59,027 nucleotides of DNA. It comes from an uncultured Bacilli bacterium (lineage in GTDB: Bacteria > Bacillota_I > Bacilli_A > RF39 > UBA660). A model generated the notes under the pieces. The model did no database searches and was not told the origin of the DNA. It worked only from the letters and a program-made list of their open reading frames with translations. The DNA lies in contig CAPHZB010000001.1 in NCBI GenBank assembly GCA_948629335.1, positions 1-59,027 of the forward strand, given 5' to 3'. Shown piece after piece: positions 1-10,039 of this stretch (positions within the stretch are counted from its first letter, which is position 1; each line of letters starts with the position of its first letter). The position numbers and the translations under genes were made by a program.

Positions 1-55
1 TCGATTTACCCAGTTTTATTTGACACTTACCCACACTAAATAGCGAAAGGCCAAA
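1..55. repeat. Left copy of an exact 55-bp terminal inverted repeat (partner 58973..59027)
   Basis: The reverse complement of 1..55 is identical to 58973..59027. Identity stops at position 56 versus 58972. Confidence 0.9.
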
Positions 56-388
56 GTTTTAGGTAATACAGAGTATGTAGCGATGTTAATTGCAGAGAAT
101 ACAGAAGGCGTCTCTGTATAATGGTTTGTTAGGAATCTATAAATAAGAAGTTATATTGATTAAACAAGGAAATGATAAGTTATAAAATAGATTAGACATA
201 ATTGAAAATAAATTTCTAAATAGCAGACTAGAAACAGTTTGCTTTTTTGATATCTTAAAATGTTTGCTATCAGATAGATTGTCTATTAAAAAGGGCTGAA
301 AACAAGTTAGAGAGTAAAGACAGAAATACATCTTTTTAGTTATTAGTTTCACATCATAAAAATAGAATATAAGGAAAGGAGTTTTTAT

Positions 389-514
389 ATGGTTGTAGAA
401 AATTATGATGTAAATGATACCTTATTTGAACCAAAAGAACAAGTTCTTGATTTAAAATATATATACATATTGATAAAAAAATATAGAAGTGAGGTAACTA
501 AAAAGTGTCTTTAA
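389..514 (+). CDS. Hypothetical small protein (41 aa) upstream of the recombinase
   Basis: ATG preceded by AAGGAAAGGAG. The ORF MVVENYDVNDTLFEPKEQVLDLKYIYILIKKYRSEVTKKCL is not in the ORF track because it is under 60 aa. No recognisable motif. Confidence 0.25.
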   Translation: MVVENYDVNDTLFEPKEQVLDLKYIYILIKKYRSEVTKKCL

Positions 515-542
515 TGATTTTTATACGAGTGGAAGGAGGAAA

Positions 543-1928
543 ATGAGTATTAGTGCAGTTAAGACAAATAAATTAAAAAGAAAAAAGGCAATTTATGTAA
601 GAGTTTCTACAGATGCCCAAGTAGAGGGGTATTCTATAGATGCTCAAATTGAACTTGTTACAGCTTACCTAAAAAGTAAAGAATGGAATGACTATGTAAT
701 CTATACAGATCCAGGATTTAGTGGGAAGGACTTAAATCGACCAAAAATGCAAGAATTAATTCAAGACATCAAAGAGGGAAAAATAGATTGCGTTTTAGTT
801 TTCAAATTAGATCGAATTTCACGTAGCCAAAAAGATACTTTATATTTAATTGAGGAAGTCTTTAATAAATATGATTGCGGATTCATTTCTATCAGAGAAA
901 ACTTTGATACAACAACACCGTTTGGTAAAGCTATGATAGGTATTTTATCCGTTTTTGCCCAACTAGAAAGAGAAACAATCTTAGAAAGAACACGGTTAGG
1001 ATTAAAAAAAAGAGCAGAAGAAGGTTTATGGCGCGGTGGAGGGAAAGTTCCTTTTGCTTATAATTATGACAAAAATAAAGGTAGGCTTATTGTGAATCCA
1101 GAAAAAAAGGAAATTTTTGATATGATGAAATCCTTAAGAATGCAAGGATATAGTTATCCGCAATTAGAAGAATTAACTGGTATAGATGAAAGTATGATAC
1201 AAGGAATTCTCTTAAATAAAACAAATCTAGGGTTAGTTCCCTATAAGGGAGAGACTTTCAAAGGTAAACATGAAGCCATTATTACAGAAGAAGAATATGA
1301 GCAGTTACTAGAAATTGAAAAGAATCGTAGGAAAAATGGAGGAGCAAAACATTATCTTTTATCAGGGAAAATCTATTGTGCGAAATGTGGGGCAAAATAT
1401 CGTTATCAAAAATGGGGGAAACGGATTATTTGTTATTGCTATTCTCAACAGAAAAGTAAACCAAAACTGATTAAAAATCCAAATTGTGATAACAAACGAT
1501 TAGACAGTTTTATAATTGAAGAAAGTGTATTAAAGAATTTATTTGCAATGGATATAGATGAAAATAAGTTTAAACAAACTTTTGGTTTATCCAAAATAGA
1601 TAAGGAAGAGGAACTAAAAGCAAGATTAGAAAAAATAAATAAGCAACTTGATAATTTAGTTGGATTTATTGCAGATGGTATACTCATTAATGAAACCAAA
1701 GAAAAAATAGGACATTTAGTAAAAGAGCGAAAACAAGTCGAAGAGACCTTAGAAACTATAAAAAAAGAACAAAAGTTAAAGACAACTTTTACATCAATTA
1801 AAAATTTAAGTGTGGTTTGGAATTATATGTCTTTTGAGGAACAAAGAAATATAATTGAACACTTAATTGATAAAATCATTGTTGATAATAATCGCTTAAG
1901 TATTAAGTGGAAAATTAGCGTAAGCTAA
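543..1928 (+). CDS. Large serine recombinase (resolvase domain, recombinase domain, zinc ribbon, coiled coil)
   Basis: N-terminal YVRVSTDAQ catalytic-serine motif. Cys-rich CAKCGAKYRY...CYCYS ribbon. Lys/Glu-rich C-terminal coiled coil. GGAGGA RBS. Confidence 0.9.
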   Translation: MSISAVKTNKLKRKKAIYVRVSTDAQVEGYSIDAQIELVTAYLKSKEWNDYVIYTDPGFSGKDLNRPKMQELIQDIKEGKIDCVLVFKLDRISRSQKDTLYLIEEVFNKYDCGFISIRENFDTTTPFGKAMIGILSVFAQLERETILERTRLGLKKRAEEGLWRGGGKVPFAYNYDKNKGRLIVNPEKKEIFDMMKSLRMQGYSYPQLEELTGIDESMIQGILLNKTNLGLVPYKGETFKGKHEAIITEEEYEQLLEIEKNRRKNGGAKHYLLSGKIYCAKCGAKYRYQKWGKRIICYCYSQQKSKPKLIKNPNCDNKRLDSFIIEESVLKNLFAMDIDENKFKQTFGLSKIDKEEELKARLEKINKQLDNLVGFIADGILINETKEKIGHLVKERKQVEETLETIKKEQKLKTTFTSIKNLSVVWNYMSFEEQRNIIEHLIDKIIVDNNRLSIKWKISVS

Positions 1929-1951
1929 TTAAAAAATAGTGGAATTTCTCC

Positions 1952-2590
1952 CTATATGAGAAATACCCCAATCAAGGACATACTAATACAGATTTTTAAA
2001 GCACTAATAATTGATTTGTAAGAACTAGGAAATACCAATTTGAAAAACATCTGCATTTTATTCGCACCGAGTACTTGCATTAATTTTATTTTATTTTCAT
2101 CTACATTCTCAAAACTTTCAATCACACTAAGTGTCATAACAATCACAGAAATCAGTAACGCCATTAAAATAATTGATTTCATTTGTGCACCACACCATAC
2201 AATAATAATTGGACCAAGAGCAACTTTAGGTAAGCTATTTAAAACAGTTAAATAAGGATCAATTACCTTTCGAATAAATGGATTCCACCACATAATGGTT
2301 GCGATAAAAATTCCAAGCAAGGTTCCAAGTGAAAAACTAATAATAGTTTCATACACAGTGACTCCAATATGATAAAATAATTTGTCTTCAGTGATTAGAT
2401 TTAAAATTGTTTTTATTACCATTTTAGGGCTAGAGGTAATAAAAGTATTTATCCATCCTAAATCAGCAGCAATTTGCCATAAAACAAGTAGAAATAGGAG
2501 TATACAAATTTGTGTAAAGATAACAGCCCATTTATAACGTTTTTCCTTTTTTAAAAAAAGGATATGCTCTTTACTAAACATTCTCATCAA
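1952..2590 (-). pseudogene. ABC transporter permease (NitT/TauT, BPD_transp_1 type), apparently 3'-truncated
   Basis: Multi-TM protein with an EAA-like loop (ESFENVDENKIKLMQVLGANK...FPS). It ends at ...SMSLIGVFLI*, where family members normally continue (GE...GLG...) for roughly 50 more residues. The stop lies 23 bp from the recombinase stop codon. Confidence 0.65.
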
Positions 2591-2915
2591 TATCCTTCCA
2601 TATTAAATTATAATATTTTAAGAATAAATCTGTTTTTTTCTTTTCCATAGCGGACAAATCTTTATCAAAATCAAGTACGTAAATATTTTTAATATGACTT
2701 GGTCTTTTTGATAAAACAATAATAGTATCGGACATTGTTAAAGCTTCTTCCAAATTATGTGTGACCATAATGGCACTTTTTCCTTCCATTCTAAGAATTT
2801 GTAAAACATCTTCTGAAACATTTAAACGCGTGACATAATCGAGAGCACTAAATGGTTCATCTAAAAGAAGAATATCTGGTTTTAAAGCAAGTGTTCGAAT
2901 TAAAGCTACTCTTTG
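2574..2915 (-). pseudogene. C-terminal half of the split ABC transporter ATP-binding gene
   Basis: Encodes QRVALIRTLALKPDILLLDEPFSALD (end of signature, Walker B, D-loop) and an H-loop (MVTHN). Its stop overlaps the permease start. The upstream part of the track ORF (2916..3032) is element sequence, not the true N-terminus. Confidence 0.85.
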
Positions 2916-3075
2916 AATGTAGTGAAGACACGCATCATTTCCTTTGCTTATTTTATAAAGAATTGCAAGAGTGTAATGGATAGCCCTTATTTTTTCAAGG
3001 GGCTGTCGTGAAATTAAATAATTTTGCTTCAAGTCTTTTTTGTATATTTTAATTCCTCTATTTTCAAAAGGAAAT

Positions 3076-3125
3076 AAAAAAAGGGCTATCGTAAATTAGT
3101 ATTTTGGCTAATTTTGCGACAGCCC
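3076..3125 (-). terminator. Possible intrinsic terminator downstream of the Bro-N gene
   Basis: On the minus strand, a 9-bp stem GGGCUGUCG/CGAUAGCCC (one G:U pair) is followed by a 7-nt U run. The loop is large (25 nt), which lowers confidence. Confidence 0.35.
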
Positions 3126-3244
3126 ATTAGAAATACAATGGCTCTTTGACAACTTAATATTTCTAGAATTTTTAAATAACTTACACACTTAGATTGCCTA
3201 ACCCTAAATTTTTCTTTGAATTTATCTTATTTTTATTTACAGAG

Positions 3245-4102
3245 CTATTTATTTTCTATTTGTTTACTTTCAGCAATATATTGATAGTTAAGCGCATTTT
3301 CATTGCTAATTACTGATTTACCTAAATTCTTTTCAATATCATCTCTAGCAACCTTTGCAGCATGTCCACCCATTTTAGCAATTTTTTTATTTTGCTTCAA
3401 TCCATAGGGCTTATGTTCTTTAGCAAGTTCACGGGTAGCGATTTCTCCTAAATCAGTAAGTGCTACTTCTATATCAGACATATTATCTCTTAAAGACTCT
3501 TTCCTTATACCTTTATAAACCTTATATTCACTTGCTTTCATACCAGACCATTCTTTATATATTTCATTAGTAAGTATTCCATATTCATAGTCTTCCCGAA
3601 TACCTCCTTCTTTCCATATATCTGTAAGTTTATTTCTATCTAGTATTCCTTTTAATCTAGCTTCAATCCATTTATCAGAATATCCTCTTTTTCGATAATA
3701 GCTAATAGCTCTTTTAATTGCAATTTCAGGATCAAATACTTCATCAATTCTTTCGCTACCTAAATTAGCCAACCAAACTTTAAATGGTTCGGCTTTAGGC
3801 GAAGGAACAGATTCAATTAGCCTTAAAATTCCTTTAGTATCTAGTGTATCTGTTTCTCGCATTTTTCCATCCTGAGCTTTCATTTTCAACTGTACACATT
3901 TTGTGGACAGTTCACTGTTCTCCTCATCAGTCATTCTTTTTTTTAACATATTCCAATAATTTCTTGGATTATTACTATCTGTTAATGCACCAATAACATC
4001 AACTACGCTAAAATAATATTCTTCTTTTTCACTGTCCCAAATACTTCTAATTTCATTGCCTTCAAATAGATTTGAAATTGTTTCTAGCTTTTCTTGCTTC
4101 AT
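3245..4102 (-). CDS. Bro-N domain protein, DinD-like (DNA-damage-inducible protein D / antirepressor-like)
   Basis: The N-terminus (FEGNEIRSIWDSEKEEYYFSVVDVIGALTDS...NYW) has a Bro-N pattern. The C-terminal half resembles E. coli DinD in architecture (...LTDLGE.ATRELA...GGHAAKVARDDIEKNLGKSV). Confidence 0.65.
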   Translation of the reverse strand: MKQEKLETISNLFEGNEIRSIWDSEKEEYYFSVVDVIGALTDSNNPRNYWNMLKKRMTDEENSELSTKCVQLKMKAQDGKMRETDTLDTKGILRLIESVPSPKAEPFKVWLANLGSERIDEVFDPEIAIKRAISYYRKRGYSDKWIEARLKGILDRNKLTDIWKEGGIREDYEYGILTNEIYKEWSGMKASEYKVYKGIRKESLRDNMSDIEVALTDLGEIATRELAKEHKPYGLKQNKKIAKMGGHAAKVARDDIEKNLGKSVISNENALNYQYIAESKQIENK

Positions 4103-4214
4103 CTTTTATCCCAACCTTTACTTTTGTATTATGTATATAAGTAGAAGGAAAATATTATCCCTCTACTTATATTATTACGAAAAACTTTATGATTCCCTTC
4201 TTTTCTTGAAAATT

Positions 4215-5828
4215 TTATTCAAAATTCCATTTAATTTGAATGTTTCTTGTATTTGTATCCTCATTTACTTTACTTATATAGATTTTATCTATAAATTCAT
4301 CTACAATAACTCTGTTTAATTCTTTAAGTTGTTGGTATTTACTAAATATCTTTTCATTATTTTTTGAAGATTCTTCTTTCATATTGTAATAAGTGATTTT
4401 CTTATTAATTGATTTAATTTGATTACTATACATATCTTCATTTTTATTATAATCAGTAATTAAATCTTTAAATTGTTCTACAGTAATAACACCATTTACT
4501 TTATCTTCGTAAAGACTTTTTAAATAATTTCTAGTTTTAGATATTTCTTTTTCAATTTGTTCTTTTTGTTTTTTTAGTGAGTTAATCTTATCATTAAACC
4601 TACTTGCTTTCTTTTTAGAATCTAAATTACTTAATTCTTCTTCATCATAGAACTTTTTAATTTTCTTATTAATTGCCTTTAAAACTAAATCAGCAAGCAA
4701 ATCATATCTAATTGATGATTTATTAATACAATCAGCATATCCATCACGATTTCCCGAACATACTAAATATTCGTGTTTGGTAGAGTTCTTTTTTCTCATA
4801 TAATGCTTACATTCAAGACAAAATACTTTACCAGAGAATATATGAACAATACCAGTTGTTTTCATAGGTTTAGTTCTTTCTTTCATTGCAACTTGTGCCT
4901 TTTTAAATGTTTCTTCATCGATAATTGCTTCATGAGTATTCAGAATTTTAACCCATTCATTTTTATCTTTCTTTCTAATTTTGTGATTTTTATAACTAAC
5001 AGTAGTTCTTTTTCCTTGTATTAAATGTCCTAGATACAATTCATTTGTTAAAACCGTTTTAATAGCATTTGTTGACCATTTTATTTCTTCTCTAGGTCTA
5101 TCACTAATTATATTTAATTTAATTCCTTTACGATATTTGTATAGAGATGGACTTGGTATATTTTTACTATTTAAGTATTTTGCTATACCTGTAAACCCTA
5201 ATCCTGTTAGATATAAATTAAATATATCTTTAACAATCTCGCTAGCAACTGGATCAACTACTAACTTATTATTATCTTCGTTAGATATTTCATAGCCAAA
5301 TGAAGCAAAAGGGGAGATGAATTCACCTTGCTTCATCTTAGAATTAAAAGCACTTCTTATGTTATTAGATACATCTTCTAAATACCATTCATTAACTAAA
5401 CCATTTATTTGCCTAGATTTTTTATTACCTAAAACTAGAGTATCAGCATTATCAGATAAACCAATAAATCTAATATTCCATTCCTTAAATTTATTATTGA
5501 TATATTTTTCAACAATCTCCATATCTCTAGAAAATCTTGATTGACTTTTACATAATACGATATCTAACTTTTTGTTTTCACAATCTCTAATTAATCTTTC
5601 AAATTCAGGTCTGTAAGTTCCAGCACCTGATAAGTCTTCATCAGAATACTCATCTACTAAAACAAATTCAGGATGCTTATTTATATAATCTATCAGCATA
5701 TTTCTTTGATTCTTAATAGATTCACTATCATCATCTTTATTAGCTTTATCTCTATCTTCATTAGATAATCTTAAATAAATACCAACTCTTAATATTTTAT
5801 TACTTAGGTTACCCTCCATTTCATTCAT
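4215..5828 (-). CDS. Large serine recombinase (integrase of the 14-kb element)
   Basis: VGIYLRLSNED catalytic-serine motif with KNQR. Cys cluster CLECKHY...CSGNRDGYADC. C-terminal coiled coil. Start set at MNEMEG, which is preceded by GGAGGG; the track ORF extends to 5843. Confidence 0.9.
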   Translation of the reverse strand: MNEMEGNLSNKILRVGIYLRLSNEDRDKANKDDDSESIKNQRNMLIDYINKHPEFVLVDEYSDEDLSGAGTYRPEFERLIRDCENKKLDIVLCKSQSRFSRDMEIVEKYINNKFKEWNIRFIGLSDNADTLVLGNKKSRQINGLVNEWYLEDVSNNIRSAFNSKMKQGEFISPFASFGYEISNEDNNKLVVDPVASEIVKDIFNLYLTGLGFTGIAKYLNSKNIPSPSLYKYRKGIKLNIISDRPREEIKWSTNAIKTVLTNELYLGHLIQGKRTTVSYKNHKIRKKDKNEWVKILNTHEAIIDEETFKKAQVAMKERTKPMKTTGIVHIFSGKVFCLECKHYMRKKNSTKHEYLVCSGNRDGYADCINKSSIRYDLLADLVLKAINKKIKKFYDEEELSNLDSKKKASRFNDKINSLKKQKEQIEKEISKTRNYLKSLYEDKVNGVITVEQFKDLITDYNKNEDMYSNQIKSINKKITYYNMKEESSKNNEKIFSKYQQLKELNRVIVDEFIDKIYISKVNEDTNTRNIQIKWNFE

Positions 5829-6394
5829 AACTATTCCCTCCATTCATAAGGCAATAATTAAGCTTAAAGTTAAACTTATAACCAATACTATTATAGCATT
5901 TATCTATAGGCATTAATACTTGATTCTATAAGCTCGATAATTCTATATAACTTTTTATTAACTATTTCTTTTAGTTTAGTATCAGTTAAGTTTTCTGGAA
6001 CAATATCAATAATATTGTATTGCAAATTACATACCTCCTTCACATATTAAGTTTGAGAGATAAAAAGGCATTTGTAATTAATGTTTTGTAAACTTTTCTT
6101 CATATTATCAATCCTCCAATCACTTCTTAATTTAAAACAATGTTTTTTGGTACATTTTATACCTTAAAAGGTTATTATTATAATTTTACATTTATATATT
6201 TTTTCATTTCTGATTACAAAGTCTTTTTATTAAAATATTAAGAGTTAACTACATACTTATTTCTATATCGTCTGATTTATCTTTTTTAGAATGTTCATAT
6301 TTCTGATTAACATTATTTGCATAGCAACTATAGTGTCATAATTTATTTCATCATCACTTTTAAGAATTTATCTATTTCAGTTTTAAAAATATTT

Positions 6395-7015
6395 TTACCA
6401 TTTTTGAACTGGATACATTTTTTTGATACCTTTTTTATCAATTCCTTCACGACAAATTATATTTATGTTATCATCAGTTTCAAATACTTTTCTTTTAACC
6501 TCATTAACAACAGGTAGAAAGTAGAAGTGTAGGGGAGGAGTATTTTCATCATAATGAGCGCTAGCATAAACTACATTATCCTTATCAACAAGGGTTTCTA
6601 GAAAATTATAACTATCATTGGAAAAATTGTTAATTTTCTCAGGTATATCATTATCAGATTTAATAGCAAGGAACCAAAATGGGTTTATCTTTATTGACTC
6701 CAATCTGATGATGTCTATAACTATCTTTAAATTTCATTCCCAAACTTTCAAAAAATTCTTTTCCATTTATAACGATAGCACCATTTAATAAATTGGTATT
6801 CTTGCCATCATTATAATATATTTTATTATCTTTCAGTTTAGAATAGACTATTAAAAGTTACGATGATATCTCTTTTACTATCATTACTAATAGAATATAA
6901 ATTGTAATTACTTAGTTCTTCATCAGATTTAATTAATGAGAATTAAGCATCCCTTTTTATTAAAGGATAAATCGTTAGAATATACAAAATCAGTAATAGT
7001 AGTATCTTTCTTAAA
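6395..7015 (-). pseudogene. Frameshifted relics of a relaxase-like (MobV/Pre-like) gene
   Basis: The fragment ...VVYASAHYDENTPPLHFYFLPVV resembles the MobV H-x-D-E...PH-x-H metal motif. The upstream fragment (..NGAIVINGKEFFESLG..) is in another frame, and several stops and frameshifts occur across the region. Confidence 0.35.
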
Positions 7016-7086
7016 TTGTTTCAAACTAATCACTTCCAACTTAAAAAATCATTATGTCTGATATATAAGACGTTTTAAATACAATA

Positions 7087-7125
7087 TTGTCCGAAAATGT
7101 TGTTAATACTATCTTGTCCGAAATT
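7087..7125 (+). promoter_or_regulatory. Direct repeats TTGTCCGAAAAT / TTGTCCGAAATT upstream of the XRE gene (operator-like)
   Basis: Two 12-mers (11/12 identical) at 7087..7098 and 7114..7125. The second lies within the partial palindrome TTGTC-N10-GACAA. They sit about 70-100 bp upstream of the HTH gene start. Confidence 0.35.
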
Positions 7126-7192
7126 ATAGACAAAGATATGAAAAAATGTTAAAATTAGTTTAAGAAGAAAAAAGGGAGAAAGAAGTGGTTAA

Positions 7193-7714
7193 ATGAATTC
7201 CCAAGAACTAAAAAATATAATTGAGTCTGCTAGAGAGAAAAAAGGTATATCTCAAAGAGAGCTTGCTAAAGCAACAGGTATAAGTAGAAGCACCTTGAAT
7301 GACTTAATTAACGGCAAAATAAAAAAAGTAGACATAGATGATCTGCGTAAAATAGCTGAGATATTAGATATGTCATTAGAAAATTTACTTAAAGTTGCAG
7401 GCTATGAGGATTTCTTAGGTTATCTATCTTTAGATAAATATAAAAATAAATCTACTAGAGATTTAAAAAATATGATAGAACAGTATAAAAAGTCCGAATT
7501 AGATTTATTAGATTTTGATTCTAAGAAAAGAGCTAAAGTAAATAGCGCTAGACAACAATTATTTAATACAATGGAACATTTAAAAATAATAAAAGATAAT
7601 AAAGATAGTTTATATACAATAGATAAAGCAATAGAAGATATTAAGTTTGCTTTTGATGAACTATTAGAGGCAGAGAATAAATACGATTATAGTAAATTGC
7701 CAAAAGATTTATAG
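7193..7714 (+). CDS. XRE-family helix-turn-helix regulator with helical C-terminal extension
   Basis: GISQRELAKATGISRSTLNDLINGK is a classic HTH_3 pattern. First gene of the co-directional block leading into mod/res. Confidence 0.8.
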   Translation: MNSQELKNIIESAREKKGISQRELAKATGISRSTLNDLINGKIKKVDIDDLRKIAEILDMSLENLLKVAGYEDFLGYLSLDKYKNKSTRDLKNMIEQYKKSELDLLDFDSKKRAKVNSARQQLFNTMEHLKIIKDNKDSLYTIDKAIEDIKFAFDELLEAENKYDYSKLPKDL

Positions 7715-7726
7715 GAGGTAATAAGA

Positions 7727-8095
7727 ATGGACAATAAAGATTATGAATTAGCAAAAGAAACATTAAGCAAAATAATTTCTAAAAATCTAGATACTGACAT
7801 TAATTATGGTAAAGAATTATTAACTATGTGTAATAACAAATTAAAACCATGTCCTATGAAAGAGGTAGCAATTAATTATATGAGTAATATGGAAATGAAA
7901 TATGGTATCTTTAATAAATTATATAATATTGTTAATGGGCATACAGGTAGTAGTGGCACTTCGCCTGCACCAAGTTGTAATTTTTTAGAAACGCAAATTT
8001 GGATAATAGAAAAAGTTAAAGAAGTAAAAAATTATAAAGATGATGTAGACAAGGCCAACAAATTAACAGAATTATTAAAGGAGGAAAGTAAATGA
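7727..8095 (+). CDS. Hypothetical protein (122 aa), translationally coupled to mod
   Basis: GGAGG RBS. Its stop overlaps the mod start (ATGA at 8092..8095). No recognisable motif. Confidence 0.6.
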   Translation: MDNKDYELAKETLSKIISKNLDTDINYGKELLTMCNNKLKPCPMKEVAINYMSNMEMKYGIFNKLYNIVNGHTGSSGTSPAPSCNFLETQIWIIEKVKEVKNYKDDVDKANKLTELLKEESK

Positions 8096-10026
8096 TAAAA
8101 GATATTATAACTAGTAATAATGAAATAAATGTTACTAATGATAAAATAGATAAATTGAAAGAGTTATTTCCAAATTGTTTTAGCAAAAATGGAGAGTTTG
8201 ATATATCTACATTTGAAGAAGAAATAAAATCAAACACATCTATTTTAAAAGAAGGTTATGGTTTAAACTTTTTAGGAAAGAACTATGCCAAATATATTGC
8301 TTCGATAGATACAGAAACTATACTTGTACCAGATGAAGAAAACAATAATAAAGAAGAAAATATAAATAGTGAAAACATTTACATATCAGGAGATAATATT
8401 GATGCTTTAAAACATTTAGTTAAATCATATGCAAATAAGATAAAATGTATCTATATAGATCCGCCCTATAATACTGGCAATGATGGATTTGTTTATAATG
8501 ATAAATTTAATTTAAGTGTTGAAAAAATAGTAGATGTTTTAGATATAAATGAAGATGAAGCAAAAAGAATATTCAATATGACAAATACCAAATCAAATTC
8601 TCATTCTGCCTGGATGACTTTTATGTATCCAAGATTATACATTGCAAAACAATTGTTGAGAGAAGATGGAGTAATATTTATATCTATTGATGATAATGAA
8701 CAATCACAATTAAAGTTACTATGTGATAATATTTTTGGTGAAGAAAACATTCTAGGAATGTTACCAACAATAATGTATTTAAAAGGAAATAACGATGAAT
8801 ATGCTTTTTCAGGTACTCATGAATATACAATTGTATATGCAAAAGATAAGGAAAATTCTACAGTGTATCAATTAGAAATTGATGATAATACAGAAGACTC
8901 TTGGGAGGAAGATGAATCTGGTTATTTTAAAAAAGGTGCAAATTTAAAGTCTACTGGCGTGAATGCACCTAGAGATAAAAGACCTAATCTATTTTTCCCA
9001 ATATATATTAATAGAGATGACAATTCAATTAGTGTTATTAGACGCAAAGAAAATGATCTTGAAGTTTATCCAATAACGAATGGACAAGAAATGTCATGGC
9101 GTTGGAGTAAAGAAAAGTTTATTACGCAACCAAATGATGTGATTGTCATTATTAATGATAATGAAGTTTCTTTATATAAAAAACAAAGACCATCTCTAGG
9201 AGAATTGCCTACATCTAAGCCTAAATCTACATTATATAAACCAGAATATAGTAGTGGAAATGGAACGGAACGCATTAAAAAATTATTCAACTTTAAGGCT
9301 TTTAGTAACCCTAAACCTGTTAGTTTATTATATGATTTATTACAAATTGGAGTTTCTGATAATGATGTAGTCTTAGATTTTTTTGGAGGATCATCCACAA
9401 CTGCTGATGCTGTCTTATGTCTAAATGCCTTATCTAAAAGTAAAAAAGATATAAAATATATTTTAATACAATCACCAGAGTTTTGTGATGTTAAATCGGA
9501 AGCATATAAAAATGGTTATATAACTATTGATGAAATTGGACAGGAGAGAATTAGAAGAGCTTCTAAAAGAATTAAAGAAGAAACAAATGCAGATATAGAT
9601 TATGGGTTTAAGCATTACACTATTAAAGAAGTTGATACGAATACACTGGATAAATTAGAAAAATTTGAGCCTAACTTTGTATATTCTGATAAAACAATAG
9701 TAGATGAATTTGGTATCAACTCTATACTAACTACTTGGATGGTTAAAGATGGTTATGGTTTAACTGATAAATATGAAAAGCTGATTTTAGAAGAATATGA
9801 GGCTTATAAATGTAAAAATACGATTTATTTAATTAACTCAGATATGTCTTCAGAAGCTATTAAATGTTTAATAGAAAAATATGAAAATGAAGAAAATTTT
9901 GAATGTAACAGAATTGTTTTATTTGGATATTCGTTTACATTAAGTGAAATTCAAACTTTGAAAGATAATTTAAAACAAGTAAAAAATATTAAAAACATAA
10001 ATGTTGACGTACTTACAAGATATTAA
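8092..10026 (+). CDS. mod: Type III restriction-modification DNA methyltransferase (Mod)
   Basis: IYIDPPYNTGNDGFVYNDKF (DPPY, motif IV) precedes VLDFFGGSSTTADAV (FxGxG, motif I), which is the beta-class order typical of Type III Mod. The res gene is adjacent. Confidence 0.9.
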   Translation: MIKDIITSNNEINVTNDKIDKLKELFPNCFSKNGEFDISTFEEEIKSNTSILKEGYGLNFLGKNYAKYIASIDTETILVPDEENNNKEENINSENIYISGDNIDALKHLVKSYANKIKCIYIDPPYNTGNDGFVYNDKFNLSVEKIVDVLDINEDEAKRIFNMTNTKSNSHSAWMTFMYPRLYIAKQLLREDGVIFISIDDNEQSQLKLLCDNIFGEENILGMLPTIMYLKGNNDEYAFSGTHEYTIVYAKDKENSTVYQLEIDDNTEDSWEEDESGYFKKGANLKSTGVNAPRDKRPNLFFPIYINRDDNSISVIRRKENDLEVYPITNGQEMSWRWSKEKFITQPNDVIVIINDNEVSLYKKQRPSLGELPTSKPKSTLYKPEYSSGNGTERIKKLFNFKAFSNPKPVSLLYDLLQIGVSDNDVVLDFFGGSSTTADAVLCLNALSKSKKDIKYILIQSPEFCDVKSEAYKNGYITIDEIGQERIRRASKRIKEETNADIDYGFKHYTIKEVDTNTLDKLEKFEPNFVYSDKTIVDEFGINSILTTWMVKDGYGLTDKYEKLILEEYEAYKCKNTIYLINSDMSSEAIKCLIEKYENEENFECNRIVLFGYSFTLSEIQTLKDNLKQVKNIKNINVDVLTRY

Positions 10027-10039
10027 AGGAGGAATTAGT

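Noticed and set aside
2916-3032. The upstream part of track ORF 2574..3032 (MKQNYLISRQPLEKIRAIHYTLAILYKISKGNDACLHYI) as a genuine N-terminus of an ATPase
   Set aside because: It has no Walker A or ABC features. It lies inside the inserted element, past the ACTCT junction. The real N-terminal half is at 16964..17383.
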